Shown: positions 1-14,040 of the stretch, in pieces | Layout of the letters: the number at the start of each line of letters is the position of its first letter | How positions within the stretch are numbered: the first letter of the stretch is position 1 | Assembly: GCF_006345805.1 (NCBI RefSeq) | Contig: NC_043023.1 | Span: forward strand, 8,370,001-8,434,000 | Direction: 5' to 3' | Source of the DNA: Octopus sinensis | Lineage: Eukaryota | Length of the DNA: 64,000 nucleotides | Made by a program: the position numbers and the translations under genes | The notes under the pieces: generated by a model | Database searches by the model: none | What the model saw: the letters and a program-made list of their open reading frames with translations, nothing else | Told to the model about the DNA's origin: nothing

Positions 1-105
1 GCATTTCAACGGGGGGGGGGGGATATCTAAATTTATTTATAAATAAATAAAGAGGTAGCGATAAAATGACTTAAGGTCAGCAAGAAAAATGGACACACAA
101 GCATG

Positions 106-169
<64 letters not shown>

Positions 170-813
170 CTTATAAACAAGGGCAAAAGAAAAGAATTCA
201 ATGCCAAATATGCCGAAATAGACTTAATCGTCAATAACCATATAATTTATCACTATAAGCACGCGTCTCGAAAGCAAGTTCATAGATATTTCTAAAAAAA
301 TTTCGTTATTATCGGATCGATCCCATTTCTGAGTTAATTCATTTAGAATTTTCTCGACATTAGCGATAAATACGATAAGAAAATAAATGAGATACTTACT
401 TGTACCTATGGAAGAAGTAAACACTAAGTCATGAGCACACTTAAGTACCCCAAATATATCCAAAAATAGAAATTCCGCAGCAGTGCTCGAGACACGTGTG
501 AACGGACTGAAAATTGTATGATTTAAAAGATTTCACGCTGTTTAGTTACTTATTTAGTAGTTGTAATTTATTTATTGAATTATTTATTGATACGGTTATA
601 CATAGGGTAAATGTGGTTGAAATTTGTGGTCTTTTAAATTTTTTTGTTCCCAAACAACACATATTTTAGTGCTGTTGACACCGCCGGAGTGAGGGGTAAT
701 GACCAGGTGTCGAAACCATAATGGTAACCGTGGGGTAGCTGATGATACAGGTATGTTGGATTGTTGCTATGGTTGTGGAATAGTATTATAACACACATCC
801 TTTTAATATATAG

Positions 814-858
<45 letters not shown>

Positions 859-1143
859 TGTGTGTGTTTGCGTGTTTGTGTGTCGGTAGATTAAATTTAC
901 GGTAAAATAACAGTCGAAAACAGGTGTTAAATTCAACGCTCGGGAAAGTGAGAAATTCTTTTACTTTCGAGCCTATGCTCCTCAACAGAAAGAGAAAGGA
1001 GAACATGAACAAAAAGGGATTAAAAATCTTGTCGATTTAGGGATCAAGCATGGCAACTGGTTAGGAAAAGCATAGCTTGATGGGAGAGATAGAGAGTCGG
1101 CGAGATAATAAACAACTGGAGATCCCAAAACAATGGTGTGCGT

Positions 1144-4100
1144 CCCAGTTATTATCCATTTGGAGGTCCGGACTGAACCAGACCCCGAGCAATTTAACCG
1201 GTCCGTCCATCCAGCGTCCCACTACTGAGCCGCAGTCGGACGGCATGGGCTTGCTTCTCCAGGTGCCGAGTAGCAAACCCACTGACTTTTCCGGGTTAAT
1301 TTTCGCTCCCCTCACCGTTTCGTATTTTCTTAGTGTCTCGCCTATCATCTGGATGTGTTTGTCGCTCGACACTATGACGGTGACATCGTCCGCATATGCC
1401 GACACGCTCGTCCCGCAACCCAGTTTCCGTGGGATGCCCCTCAGTGTTTCCAGCTTCCGCAGTAGCGGCTCGAGAGTCAATACATACAGAAGCGCCGACA
1501 GGGGACACCCCTGACGGACCGAACGCGTGATGTCAAACGGTTTCGACAGGTGACCGTTCACCCGAATCACCGATCGGATGCCGCTATACAAGGCAGCGAT
1601 CCAACCGCGGAAGACGGGACCGAAGCCAGTCGCCCTGAGGACGGCCGCCAAGTACCGATGGTCGACCCTATCGAAGGCTTTAGACCGATCCAAATTTATC
1701 ACCGCCCCACCCATGCCAGGATCCTTAACTACCCTGTCCATAATGTAGCGCATCAGATGGAGGTTATCATGTACGGTTCTGCCCGGCACGGCGCATGTTT
1801 GCGCCCTGTCGACCAGTTTACCAATGACAAGCGCCAATCTCTCGGCTATTACTTTGGCCAAAAGTTTCAAATCTGCGTTGAGCAGAGTGATGGGCCTGAA
1901 ATTATCTATAAAATTCCCCTTGTTTGGGTCCTTCTTCAGCAACGTCACTGCACCTCGGCTCACGAAACCGGGGATTCTCCCGTTTTGTTGCCAGTTGCAG
2001 TAGACTGGTGCTAAGAGGTCGCCAAACAAGTCTGGCATTTGACAATACAGCACGTAGGGTTAACCATCCAATCCAGGCGACTTATCCCTCGCGCAGCCCG
2101 CCATCGCATCCCGCACGTCAGCGGCTGTAATGGGACTTTCACAACACTCCGCTTCTCTTGCCGAGAGCCGCGGCAGGTCGGTCAGATAGGCCCTGAAATC
2201 CATCCCGCGTTCCGACCCACCACTCGCACCAAACAGTCGAGCAAAGTGCTGTTGAAAGGCCTCACACATCCTTTCGGGTTCGAGTAAACTGCATCCCTGT
2301 TGATCTATTAGAGACCGAATGGTGGCTCTGTTGCCACGCTGCGCCTCCGCTACCCGGGCCTCTCGCGCAGCTTCGATCCCTTCGTTCCTTAAGGCACGCA
2401 TTTTAGTTCTGACGACGCAACCTTCGTGCTTGGCGTTGAGGTGTTGGTCGAGGGCCATCCTCGCAGCCAGCACGTTGGTTGCGCTGCCAGTGGTAAGTGC
2501 CTCTTCTAGTTTCTTAACCAAGTCTCCCTCTACTCTATTTCGATCTATCGCTAATTCCTTGCTAAACCTAATTGATTCCGATTTTATTGCCATTTTTAGG
2601 GCGTACCACCAGCGGTTGTTAACGACGGCTCCCGTCAGCGCCCTCTTAATTAACTCGCTAATCCGGTTCCTGTAAACCTGCCGCGCTAAGAGCGACGTGT
2701 TCAGTTTCCAGTAACCGGGACCCTGTCTATGTGTCTTATCTAAGTCGAGCGTACACGTCACAAATTTGTGATCTGTGTAGCTGACTATTTTAAATTGTGG
2801 ACATCCTACACTATCCTTATCCGCTGTCCTGCATAGAATTCTATCTAGATAAGATCTCGACGATCCGACGCGGTTTGTCCAAGTCCACGTTGGCACGTTC
2901 GGATGGTCGAGTCGGAACCTGTCAGACAAGTGAAAATGTCTGAGTAGGTCTTTGAGGCACTTACACCCCCTTCTATTCCTATCCATTCCCACATAATCTA
3001 GATGCGTGTCCAAGGTAGCGTTCCAATCCCCTACTAACAGTAAAGGTCTAGACGTACCCAGGAAAACCTCTAGACGTCTGAAGAAATCCGCCCGACCCGT
3101 TAAGGACGGTGCATAAACTGCCATCAGACGGAATGCACACCCATTTCTGCCATCCACGTCCAAGACAACCAGCCTACCCTCCGGGTCTAGGAATATTGCT
3201 CTTACTTTTACATTTAAACTCTTTCGAAAAAGCACCGCGGTACCTCCACCACCCATGTTCGGCAGACAGGGAGAAAAATAAATGTCAAATTGATTGCCAA
3301 ACATGGACGCGAGGGCCCGCGGCTTGCTGAGTCTGGTTTCACTGATAGCTACTATATCCACGTTCAGTGACTTGATGTCGTTTAGAAGGTAACTTTGCTT
3401 CCAAGCTGACGCCAAGCCACGCGCATTCACACAACCTAATTTAAGCATAATTGACGTTTACGAAAATTGTGTTTCACACACTACATTGGAAGAGACAAGA
3501 GGCAAGAGGGAAGGTCACTTACTCATTTCGAAAGTTTCATTTTTCTTCTTCTTTTGTAGTGTCTTTGATGAGGTGTTTGTATAGTTTTTTGGAGAGGTAT
3601 CGTTGAAACCCGCCTACCGCATTTGGAAATATTGTTTTCAGTGTATGGTGTTGTGTTTGTGTTATGTGTACAATTCTTATGTGCTTCGGTGGTGTGGTGC
3701 GCGGATGATTGTTTGTCTTAAAGTCATCTTCACAGATGTCCGTGTTGGATGCAATCTAATCCATTAATTTTTTATTGTCTGTGTCTATTGCAGTTAGTTG
3801 TGTGTGTGGTTTTGCGGGTTCATTGATTTTTTGATTGTCTTGGGGGATGCTGTCCGGAGTTATATATCTCCCTGCCTTGCTTCCTTGTTTGGTGGGCTTT
3901 TTTGATCTTTTCCTTTTACCCCCTGTGGCTATTTGCCATTCCGTCGAACTTTTGTCGTCCGACGTATCAGAAGGGGGTAAAGGCAAAGCATTTGCTTTAA
4001 TATGTATGCTTGTAGAAATTGTTGATGTTTTGTGCGGTGTTTGTGTTGTTGTGGTGTTAGGGGTAGAATTTGTCTTCTCGTCACTGTTTTCTGTCTTTTT

Positions 4101-5581
4101 AATTGTCGTCCTCGGTGTTGGTGTTGGTCTATTTTTTGTTGGTTCAGCATGTTGAATTGGTTGCGACGTCAACGGTGATTGTGTTGGTACTGTTTCTTTT
4201 CTTGGGGATGTTGTTGGGGTTTGTTTGCTGGTTTGTTGTTTTTCTTGGCATTGTTCCATAATTGAGTGTGTTGGTGTTGGCAACAAGGGCTTTTTATTTG
4301 TTTTCTGATTTGTTCTTTCTTGTTTTCTCTGTGCCAGAGCGCACTTGGCAATTAACTGTTTTGGGCTGCCACAGTTGTAGCATCTAGGCTTTTTGCCTTC
4401 TGCTACAACATATAGGCTTTGCCCATTTTCTAAGTGGATCCTATCCGGTTGGTTCTCGATAGAGGCCCCCTCAATCTTGATGGTCACTACTATTGTTTTT
4501 CCACCCCAATTGTCGTTTAGGTATACGGCAGTCTCTAAAATATTTATAGTTTTCAAATGGTAACAGATTGCTCCTGTTATCCATTTGTTAGGAATCTCGG
4601 GGGTACATTTTTAATAGTAATTCTACTCACTCTCTGGCCTTTGTAGTACGGTACCATGATGATTTCATCATTTTCCAAAGACTCGGTAGAGTGAGCATTT
4701 GCCACTTCCTGGTTAGGGAAGCGGACCACTACTGAGTTAAACTGGGGACCCCAGTTTATATATTCTTTTTTTTCATTATGTTTTTTAAACATTTTTCTAT
4801 ATCCGTTTTTGTAATCTGTTCATTTTGTTTTTTGTTTTTTCTTATAATTTTATATATAATGGTCTTATTTTCTATTTGTTCCTTTATGTGTTGAGGTGTA
4901 TGCAGCACTAAATCTTATCCTCGGGTTGTAAAGAGAGCTCTCGTCTCTATCAACTCTTCATTTGTGAACTGTATAATTTCTTTTTTCTGACGCAGAGTGT
5001 CAGCGAAATTTACTGGTGTTGTTGATTCTTTTATATTAACATCTTCATTATTAGATAGTTCATTTTTAATGTTGTTCTTGTTGTTGTTGTTGTTTTTCTT
5101 AATAGTATTCGCGTGAGTTTCATTTTTATCATTTATGTTGGTGGTGGTGGTGGTGGTGGTGGTGGTGGAGGCGGTGGTGGTAGCAGTAGTAGTCTCGTTG
5201 TTGTTGTTAGTGGTGGTGGTGGTGGTGACAGCGCTGTTACCGCAAGTGGTTGCAGCGTTCACTACCACGTCATTCAGGTTTGCACTTTGCGTGCATAAGT
5301 TCATTTTTCTCCTAGCGTTTCACGACTAGGAAAATGCTGGTCCATAAAGGGACGCGACCAGCGTTCTACAATAAAATTTCTCGACATTTTTTAATGTCGA
5401 GAAGAAAATTACACATTAAATAGGGTTGAAACTGCCTCTAGGGGCAAATTTCTCCCTTGGAAAAGCACTCAAACGAAAGTTGGGTGCCTTACACACCTTA
5501 TTTACAAAAATGTACACAAAATATGGGCTATAAATAGTCAAAATAAACAATTATCTTCGGAGCCGAAGTGACAGCACGTCC

Positions 5582-5582
<1 letters not shown>
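1144..5582 (-). mobile_element. Tx1/L1-clade non-LTR retrotransposon, 5' end intact, 3'-truncated inside RT
   Basis: Broken ORF1 (5304-3756) with CYNCGSPKQLIAKC knuckle; ORF2 APE endonuclease (VNARGL, SETRL, GDWNA, YLDRI, TDHK) 3448-2060; single in-frame stop near 2060; RT (FRPITLLN, KAFDRVDH, RQGCPLS, YADD) continuing to about 1144. Confidence 0.95.
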
Positions 5583-5627
<45 letters not shown>

Positions 5628-5639
5628 TGATAGATTGAT

Positions 5640-5706
<67 letters not shown>

Positions 5707-5774
5707 GGATGGATAGATGGATGGATGGATGGATAGATGGACAGATAGATAGATAAATGGATAGATAGATAGAT
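5582..5774 (+). repeat. (ATAG/ATGG)n microsatellite at the Tx1 junction
   Basis: Direct reading of the tetranucleotide array. Confidence 0.95.
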
Positions 5775-7004
5775 GGTGAGCGTGCGGATGTGTATGTAAG
5801 AATGTGTAAGTGTGTGTGTGTGTGTGTGTGTTGATAGTGGCTAATGACTATGATGTGTGGATGTATGCGTGCGTAGATGTGTGCGTTTGTAGGGTGTGGG
5901 TGTGCGGATGATTGTGTATGGGTGTGTAGATGATGTTTGGTGGTCTGGGTGTTGGAAAGTGGTTAGTGCTAGTGCTAGCACAAGCACAGACACACAAATA
6001 TATATAGATTTATGTATATATTTGTGTTCCCTCAAGATCACCTAATAACCAATATTGGTGTTACACACCCTGTAACTTAGTGTTTCGGCAAATGACACCG
6101 AGAGAATAAGTGCTAGTCTTTCAACAAATAAATGCTGATCTCGTTTGGTTCTAATAAAGGCTCTAGCATGGCCATTGTCAAATTACTGAAAAAAGTACAT
6201 GTATAAACGTGTTACATACACACACACACACACATATAGATATATAGACACACGCAAATATATACATACATATATATATATATATATTGGTATATGTGTG
6301 TATGTGTTTACGTATCTGTCTGCCGATTGATAGATATATTGATAAAGTGATAGATGGATGGATAGACAGATAGATGGATAGATAGATAGATAAATAGACA
6401 GATAGATAGATAGGTAGATAGATAGATAGAGAGATAGATAGATAGATACATGTCTCCAGTTCTAGTTTAGTCTTCTTTACCCTTTTTATCTCATTTATCA
6501 ATATCATATCGTCGTTATTTTTATTCCTATTCTCATCCTTCTCTTTTGTTATAGTTTCAACTTTGTATATCAGCGTCATCCTTCTCTTCATCATTCCAAA
6601 TATTAAGAGCACCATCAGTAAATATTGTCATCATAATCATCGTCTGCGTCCTCGTAGTGGTTGTCACCATCATCGTCATCATGATCATCCTCATCATCAC
6701 CATCATCATCATCCATATCATAATCTGGAAACACAGGTGCAATGCCAGCAGACCGAAACAAATTCACCACTACCAAATCCGTCACCGTCAATGCCCTCAT
6801 CATAATAATTATCGCTTTCATAATCACTTAACACTCTGCCATACATCTTCATAATCTTCACTTATCATTTTCATAATCGTCTTCACCAAATTGTCTCACT
6901 TCTACCTATTTTTCTTCTATTTCAGCAGCTAATTCATTGGACATAATATTTGAAATATATGACTAATCACTTCTATGTTGTTTTGTTCATGAATTATCTT
7001 TCAG

Positions 7005-7076
7005 AGATCTATCCAATAATACAATCGTGAAAATTGAAAAAGGATCGTTTGCAAATCTTCCGAGCTTAAAAATTTT
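7005..7076 (+). CDS. LRR exon 1 (72 nt, phase 2-2) of spliced LRR/LRRCT/three-finger-domain gene
   Basis: tttcag|AGATCTATCC...AAAATTTT|gtaagt; translates DLSNNTIVKIEKGSFANLPSLKI(L), a typical 24-aa LRR; GACTAAT branch-like motif about 40 nt upstream. Confidence 0.9.
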
Positions 7077-7379
7077 GTAAGTTGAACCAGTCTTGTTCAT
7101 ACTATATTCCTGAGTATATATTTCCTCAAATTTAATATCTTTCTATCTTTCTTTCTTAACCTTCTTTTGCCCTTCTCTAACTCACATTATCTCTCTCTCT
7201 ATATATATGTATGTGAGTTGAGTGTGTTTGTGTGTGACGATGTGCGTTTAAATAGGTCTTTGTGTTCTACATCACTGTTTGGTATATTGTGAAAAGTGCG
7301 TATATAGTCATACGTATATTTATGTCTGAAATGTGTGGATAAATATATAGTCCTTTAATGTGTCGTCTTGGGCAGGAGA

Positions 7380-8990
7380 TATTAGACAATTCTGTGATGA
7401 TATCACGTTGTAATTTTTCCTCGATAAATGAGCAAAAGCTACATTTATCAAAGGAAGAACGACAGAAACATCCCGCAGAATGTCATAAAGCAATTAGAAC
7501 TAGCGGAGAGATACATGTACTTATCGGTATTTGAAGTGGACATGATAAAATATTCAGTGATGAGGGAAAGGATCAGAATAGAATATTATCTCAGGGTAAA
7601 AGCAATATTCAAGATAGAGCTGAATGCAAGAAACAGGATCGAAGTGATCAATATTTTGCTATACAAATCGTGATTTACAATTTCAATATCATTAACTGGT
7701 CAATTATTGAAATATGTAATCTTGACAGAAAAATACGAAAATTGTTGACAATGCATAGAATGCACCACACTAAGGCAGATGTAGAACGATTTTACCTGCC
7801 AAGAAAAGAGGGTGGCCGTAGCATTTACAATTAGAATTAACAATGGAGAGTGCCACAATTCACCGAAACACCTACCAAAACAACTCTAATGACTGGATAT
7901 TAAGAATTGTCTCAAAGCATGAAAACAAGAAAGTGTCATACAAAGTAACGAAGCATGCAAAGGAATATATAAACGAATTCCAAATACAACAAATCCCAGA
8001 GTTAGACGTACTAGAAACAAGCACAGAAAAATCTAAGCGAATGAAAGTACATGCAAAGAATCTGACTTAGATATTCTTACAGATAAATGTCAAAGAAAAC
8101 ATCTCAATGGCAAATACCCAAAGAGAGCTAATAGTACCGATGTGGAAAAAGCCATTACCCATCAATGGTTAGTGTTTTCTAGCTTAAAATCAGACACAGA
8201 CGGGTTTAATATAGCAGCTGAAGATCAAGGACTACCTACAAGAAACTACCATATTAAAGAACGGCAGTCACCCAGCATGTCTTGTATGTAAACAACAAAA
8301 TGAAACCATTGATCATGTTGTCTCCATGTGCAGTCTTCTTGTGCATACAGAATATCTCAACAGGCATTATTGAGCAGCACATCATATTCACTGGTTAATT
8401 TGCAAAAACATAGACGTGCCACATGATACAATCTGTTGGGGACACGAACACCCTCCAGTTCTTGAAGATGATCGCATCTTATCCTCTAGAACTTCGCCAC
8501 TCAAAGTGAAAGAAAGATAGATGCGAGTAGACGAGGCATTATATAGAAAAACTACAGGAAAAAACATGCCTCCTCATTTAAAACTGTCCCAATCGACATA
8601 AAAGTATCTGTCAAAACCTACAAAACTGAGCAAGTGTAAAGATCTTGAAATAGAAATTAGCAAAATGTGGAAGTAAAACAATGCCTGTTGTCATAGTTGC
8701 CCGAGGAATTATAGCAAAAGGCCTGAATCATACCTATCTCAGATACTAGGAAACCCCAAAATGGCAGCAACTCAAAAGATAGCGCTAATGGGAACCGCCC
8801 ATATCCTACGTAAAATACTGTGTATTTAATTTTAAGTTTTAAAACAAACTCATTTTCTTTGAACATCATTATGGTCATCTCCTTCAGGAAATCCCCAAAC
8901 ACCGCATTTTTTTCCTTATCTTCCTGCTTTTAATTCCGTCGATATATTAAAACTGTTATGGCTAGTCTCTTCTATTATTGAATGTGCTGA
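7380..8990 (+). mobile_element. Degenerate R4/Dong-clade retrotransposon 3' fragment (also at 14820-16790 and 22980-23680)
   Basis: Remnants RIEYYLRVKAIFKIELNARN, RKLLTMHRMHH, ERFYLPRKEGGR, AQDQ..TRNY, KYKDLEIEISKMW, similar to the element at 51103-55013. Confidence 0.85.
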
Positions 8991-8999
8991 TATGATTTC

Positions 9000-11000
9000 T
9001 CGCGTCACACCGCATTCTTATGAGCCGCCACCACAAAAACCTATTTCCATTTGAAGAAAAGACTGATGCAATGAATACCTTATATATAGGTCCTCTAGGC
9101 TGAAGCTTTGATACCATAAAATGATCCACGAATGAGATGTGTATCACCGAATCAAAACAAAGCAATTCTCTCACAATACACTACATGCATCTCCCAGAGG
9201 CAGATATAAATAAACTATACGTCCCACGTGAGGATGTAAGAGTGCGCAGAAGCTTCTGCCACTCTTGTAAAATAAGAGTAACCATAAGGTTAGATGACAA
9301 ACAAAAGAAAAGCAAAGACTCTCTATTAGTATGAAAGTAGTAAGACATACACACCTTTCTTTTTCAGTAAATTACTAAATCTTTCTTGCCACTTGCACAG
9401 TGAGGTGTTGTGGTGCTACCCAAATCAGGGTTTTGATCACATACATGTGAAGCCAAGAAATTCTCCACCGCGCTCCAATTCCGTGATGCATTACCCTCGT
9501 ACTGAAAGCCTCGCTAACGCAACATCTAATCACAGAGAACCAAGATTTCTCTGAGGCTGCTTATGAAGTGCTTCAAATTGTATTTTCCACTCAGGACTAC
9601 GTTGCTCAGCCTTTTTCACAGGAAATCGCTTCCTTCTCTTCAAGGAGGATATTGAAATGTCATGTTCGGAGAACTGCCAAATGATCCATGGCGGATGCTC
9701 TATATTTAACTCCAGGTCTTAAAATTACCGGGAGACATCACATGTCCACTGTAGATAGTCGCCTTTCAGAATCCTTGTTGCTTTCACAATTAGATTATGT
9801 GTCACTCCGGTTAAATTTAAACACCTTCCCCAGGTTTTTCACTGTCTTCTAGATGATGGATAATAAGGAATACCTGCTTTTAAGGCCAACTTTGTTGACT
9901 GACGAAGCTGAAACTCATGTGACTCCCTGTCATAAACTATTCAATTAATTTTAGGATCGTCCATGCCATTATGGCAGATGTTGTAAAGAAAGTTAGGTCA
10001 AGACTACGACTACAAGTACTCAATCTTCCTCGGTATGACTCAGCTTACAGGTGCAGTTTAGTATTCCCCCACTTTTCACTACATTCACTTGGGTGGTGTG
10101 GATTTCTCTCTCACCCCACCCTCACCGTCATTTTAAATGGAATTTTAAGGCTTCGATGAGAGTTTGATCGTATTATATCTCTCTCTTCAACCGTTCTGTA
10201 TTCTCCACCACACTACCTCTCAGCTTATAGCCTGTTCGCCAGGTCTTCTTAGTTCCAGTTCATTTGAATGGTTCCAACAAGCAAAATTTGTTGTGGGTTA
10301 CTGCGATCCAGCCTCTGGAAACACGACCGAATCCGGCTTCCTTCAGTGCAGGCGCCAACAGTTGGCATTTGATTAACACAAAATTAGGATTTCATTGGAA
10401 ACGCATTTGTTACTCATTCTGTCTGTGATGTACTGTGCAAGCAGGAACCTGTTGTGCTTAGATGATTTTGATATGGAATCTTCGGCATTTATCCTAATTA
10501 CGGGTCTCAAATTATTATCAAATACATTTTGTTCGAGTTGTTTCTCAACATTGCCGTGACCCCCACCTTTTATCAGGGCTAAGAATCATCTTGCTCTTCT
10601 TCCCTTTGCTGTAGACACCTGCCATTGCACTCACTGCTATTTATGGCAAATAATTTTAAACTGCGTAAGGCTGATCCTCAAGCCATGGCGACATCTAACC
10701 CGGCATCTCGAATACCGCAACAATTTTCCACCATTTGTAGAACTGCGTCGTTTCATTCGGGTGTTGCCGCAAGCCGTCTACGTAGACGGTTAAGAGCTTC
10801 ATAGTCAATGAACCACTAGCCTCCACAAAGTGATGCACGTAGTGTTCCCTAAAGGCCGCAAATATCTGCTTAGAATCGAAGAGAACGCATCTCACCTGAT
10901 TCATCAACACCAAATTATTTTCCGATGCCACGTTGCACCTACTCTTATTCACCCATATGTCGGACATTGTCATTAAAGCATGCAAAAATGAAAACAATCC
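9000..11000 (-). mobile_element. Highly degenerate non-LTR retroelement remnant, possibly REL/HERO-like (copy at about 16800-18850)
   Basis: Fragmentary RT-like translation (VKNLGKVF; a weak NAYGSIPH-like stretch); many stops. Confidence 0.3.
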
Positions 11001-11778
11001 TAGTGTTTACCGTTGGAGAAGCGGACAAGAGCCAATCTCGTCGGTGGCAGCGGCACTTGCAGTGTATTGGGTAGCCCCTTTATTCCCTCTAGAGTGTGTT
11101 TCTGTGTAGAAATATATATAAATTTATATGTATATAATTCATATTTGTGTGTGTGTGTATCTGTGTTCCTGAGCTTAAATCTTTTTCCCTACCCCTTCAT
11201 TTACTTATATATAAATTCACATATATAAAGGTGTTGATATAAATTCCAGGAAGCATGAGGGAAGGTGTTGTTTACACTGGTTCAGTTCACATCTAACTGT
11301 TGCAGACAGAAATTTAGTAGTAGTAAGGAATATAGGGAGGTAAGGCAAAGTAAAGGACATTATGGGGGAATAAGGGTGCCATAGACAAAGATTAGTTTGT
11401 TTCTGTGGTGATAGAAAATCTAGGTCCTGGAATTTATATCAACACCTTTATGGTTGGATTTAACTTTTCTGAGAATTTAATAATCATTTCAAGAATTTAA
11501 AAAAAAAACTGTGCATTGTTGGAAGACATATAAAGACTTCTTATTACCTTACTTCAAAGTCATAGAACTCACTCTGAATGCTTCATAAGGATATTTACAT
11601 TCTCTAGGATGGTTGGAAAACATATATGTGATTTAGCTGATGAATACTTGACATTATATTTGCTGTAATATTTGCAGCTTTAAATAAAAGTGTTCTCAGT
11701 ATGAAAACATTGTACCGAATTACTGATCCATTGTTGTTACTTTTTTCTTGGCTATATATATATATATATAAATATATA

Positions 11779-11826
<48 letters not shown>

Positions 11827-11831
11827 ATATA

Positions 11832-12415
11832 CAACTTATAAACAAGGGCAAAAGAAAGAGAATTCAATGCCAAATATGCCGAAATAGACTTAATCGTCAA
11901 TAACCATATAATTTATCACTATAAACACGCGTCTCGAAAGCAAGCTGATAGAAATTTCTAAAACAATTTCGTTATTATCGGATCGATCCCCATTTCTGAG
12001 TTAATTCATTTAGAATTTTCTCGTCATCAGCGATAAATACGATAAGAAAATAAATGAGATACTTACTTGTACCTATGGAAGAAGTAAACACTAAGTCATG
12101 AGCACACTTAAGTACTCCAAATATATCCAAAATAGAAACTCCGCAGCATACCTCGAGACACGTGTGAACGGACTGAAAATTCTCTTAGAGAATTCTCTTA
12201 TCGTATTTATCGCTGATGACGAGAAAATTCTAAATAAATTAACTCAGAATTGGGGATCGATCCGATAATAACGAAATTTGTTTTCGAAAATTCTATCGGC
12301 TTGCTTTCGAGACGTGAGCTTATAGTGATAAATTATATGGTTATTGACGATTAAGTCTATTTCGGCATATTTGGTATTGGATTATTTTTCTATTGTTCTT
12401 GTTTATAAGTTGCTT
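11832..12415. mobile_element. Foldback element with about 220-bp inverted arms (copy 19716-20295; left arm only at 170-370; diverged relative 48460-48725)
   Basis: 11832-12050 is the reverse complement of 12192-12415; the arm carries a CTGATGA...GAAA hammerhead-like motif. Confidence 0.8.
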
Positions 12416-13885
12416 GTAAATTTAACCTTTAAAGGCATTTTTTAACGTGCTGGCCATTGATAACATTTTTTCGAATATTTTATCCTATATTAGATGTAAA
12501 TTTAATACTATTCACTTCCGGACTCTCTCACTCTATGAGAACTTTCAGTCCGATCACACCTGTCTCGAGGTATGCTGTGGAAGTTAGTGTTTAGTCCTCC
12601 TATATATTGACTGATTGCACTATTGTGGTCATTAAGGTTTTACTTTCATATCATACTACGAAAGACGGTTAGAGATTATATTATATTTTTGTATGATTTT
12701 AAAAGATTTCACGCTCTTTAGTACGTATTTAGGAGTTGTAATTTCTAATTGAAATGTATTTATTGATACGGTTATACATAGGGTAAAGGTGGTTGAAATT
12801 TGTGGGTTTCTTTGATTTCTTTGTTCCTAAACAACACTTATTTAGTGCTGTTACACCGCCGGATTGAGGGTAGGACCAGGTGTCGAAACCATAATGGTAA
12901 CAGTGGCGTCGTGAGGTATGTTGGATTGTTGCTATGGTTGGTGGAATGTTATAGAAACAGATCCTTTTAATATATAGATGTGTGTGGGTTGTGTGGTTGT
13001 GTGTGGTGTGTGTCGTGTGTTGTTGCGTGTGTGTGTCGGTCGATGAAATTTACGGGAAATAAAAGTCGAAAAAGGTGGTGTAGATTCAACGTCGGGACTT
13101 GAGAAAGAGAACTTCTTTTACTTTCGAGCCTAGCTCCTCAACAGAAAGAGAAAGGCGAACATGAACAAAACGGGGACTTCTTAAAATCTTGTCGATTTGG
13201 GATCAAGCATGGCAACTGGTTAGGAAAAACATAGCTTGACGGGAGAGATAGAGAGTCGGGGAGATAATAAACAACTGGAGATCCCAAAGCAATGGTGTGC
13301 GTACGGATGTGTATGTAAGAATGTGTATAAGTGTGTGTGTGTGTATGTGTGTGTTGATAGGGGCTAATGACTATGATGTGTGGATGTATGCGTGCGTAGA
13401 TGTGTGCGTTTGTAGGGTGTGGGTGTGCGGATGATTGTGTATGGGTGTGTAGATGATGTTTTTTTGTCTGGGTATTGGAAAGTGGTTAGTGCTAGTGCTA
13501 GCACAAGCACAGACACACAAATATAGACAGATTTATGTATATATATTTGTGTTCCCTCAAGATCACCTAACAACCAATGTTGGTGTTATACACCCTGTAA
13601 CTTAGTGGTCCGGCAAAAGATACCGAGAGAATGAGTGCTAGTCTTTCAACAAATAAATGCTGGGCTCGATTGGTTCGAATAAAGGCTCTAGCATGGCCAT
13701 TGTCAAATTACTGAAAAAAGTACATGTATAAACGTGTTACATACACACACACACAAACACACACACACACACACAGAGATATATGTACACACACACACAA
13801 ATATATACTTATACATATTTGTATAGATAGATAGATAGATAGATAGATACACAGATAGATAGATGGATGGATAAATAAATGGATG

Positions 13886-13948
<63 letters not shown>

Positions 13949-13968
13949 GGATAGGTAAACAGACAGAC

Positions 13969-14040
<72 letters not shown>

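Larger units (their letters stand above)
5784..11830. repeat. Tandem segmental cassette A, copy 1 (its head is 170-1143, left of the Tx1 insertion)
   Basis: Collinear homology, e.g. 8962 to 16793, 11013 to 18862, 7005 to 14428 to 22584. Confidence 0.9.

Noticed and set aside
1077-3330. + strand ORFs overlapping Tx1
   Set aside because: Antisense shadows of GC-richer retrotransposon coding sequence
6557-6860. His/Asp/Met-rich ORFs (also 14043-14492 and about 22140-22450)
   Set aside because: Decayed (CAT)n tract in the intron upstream of LRR exons; frames are not conserved between cassette copies
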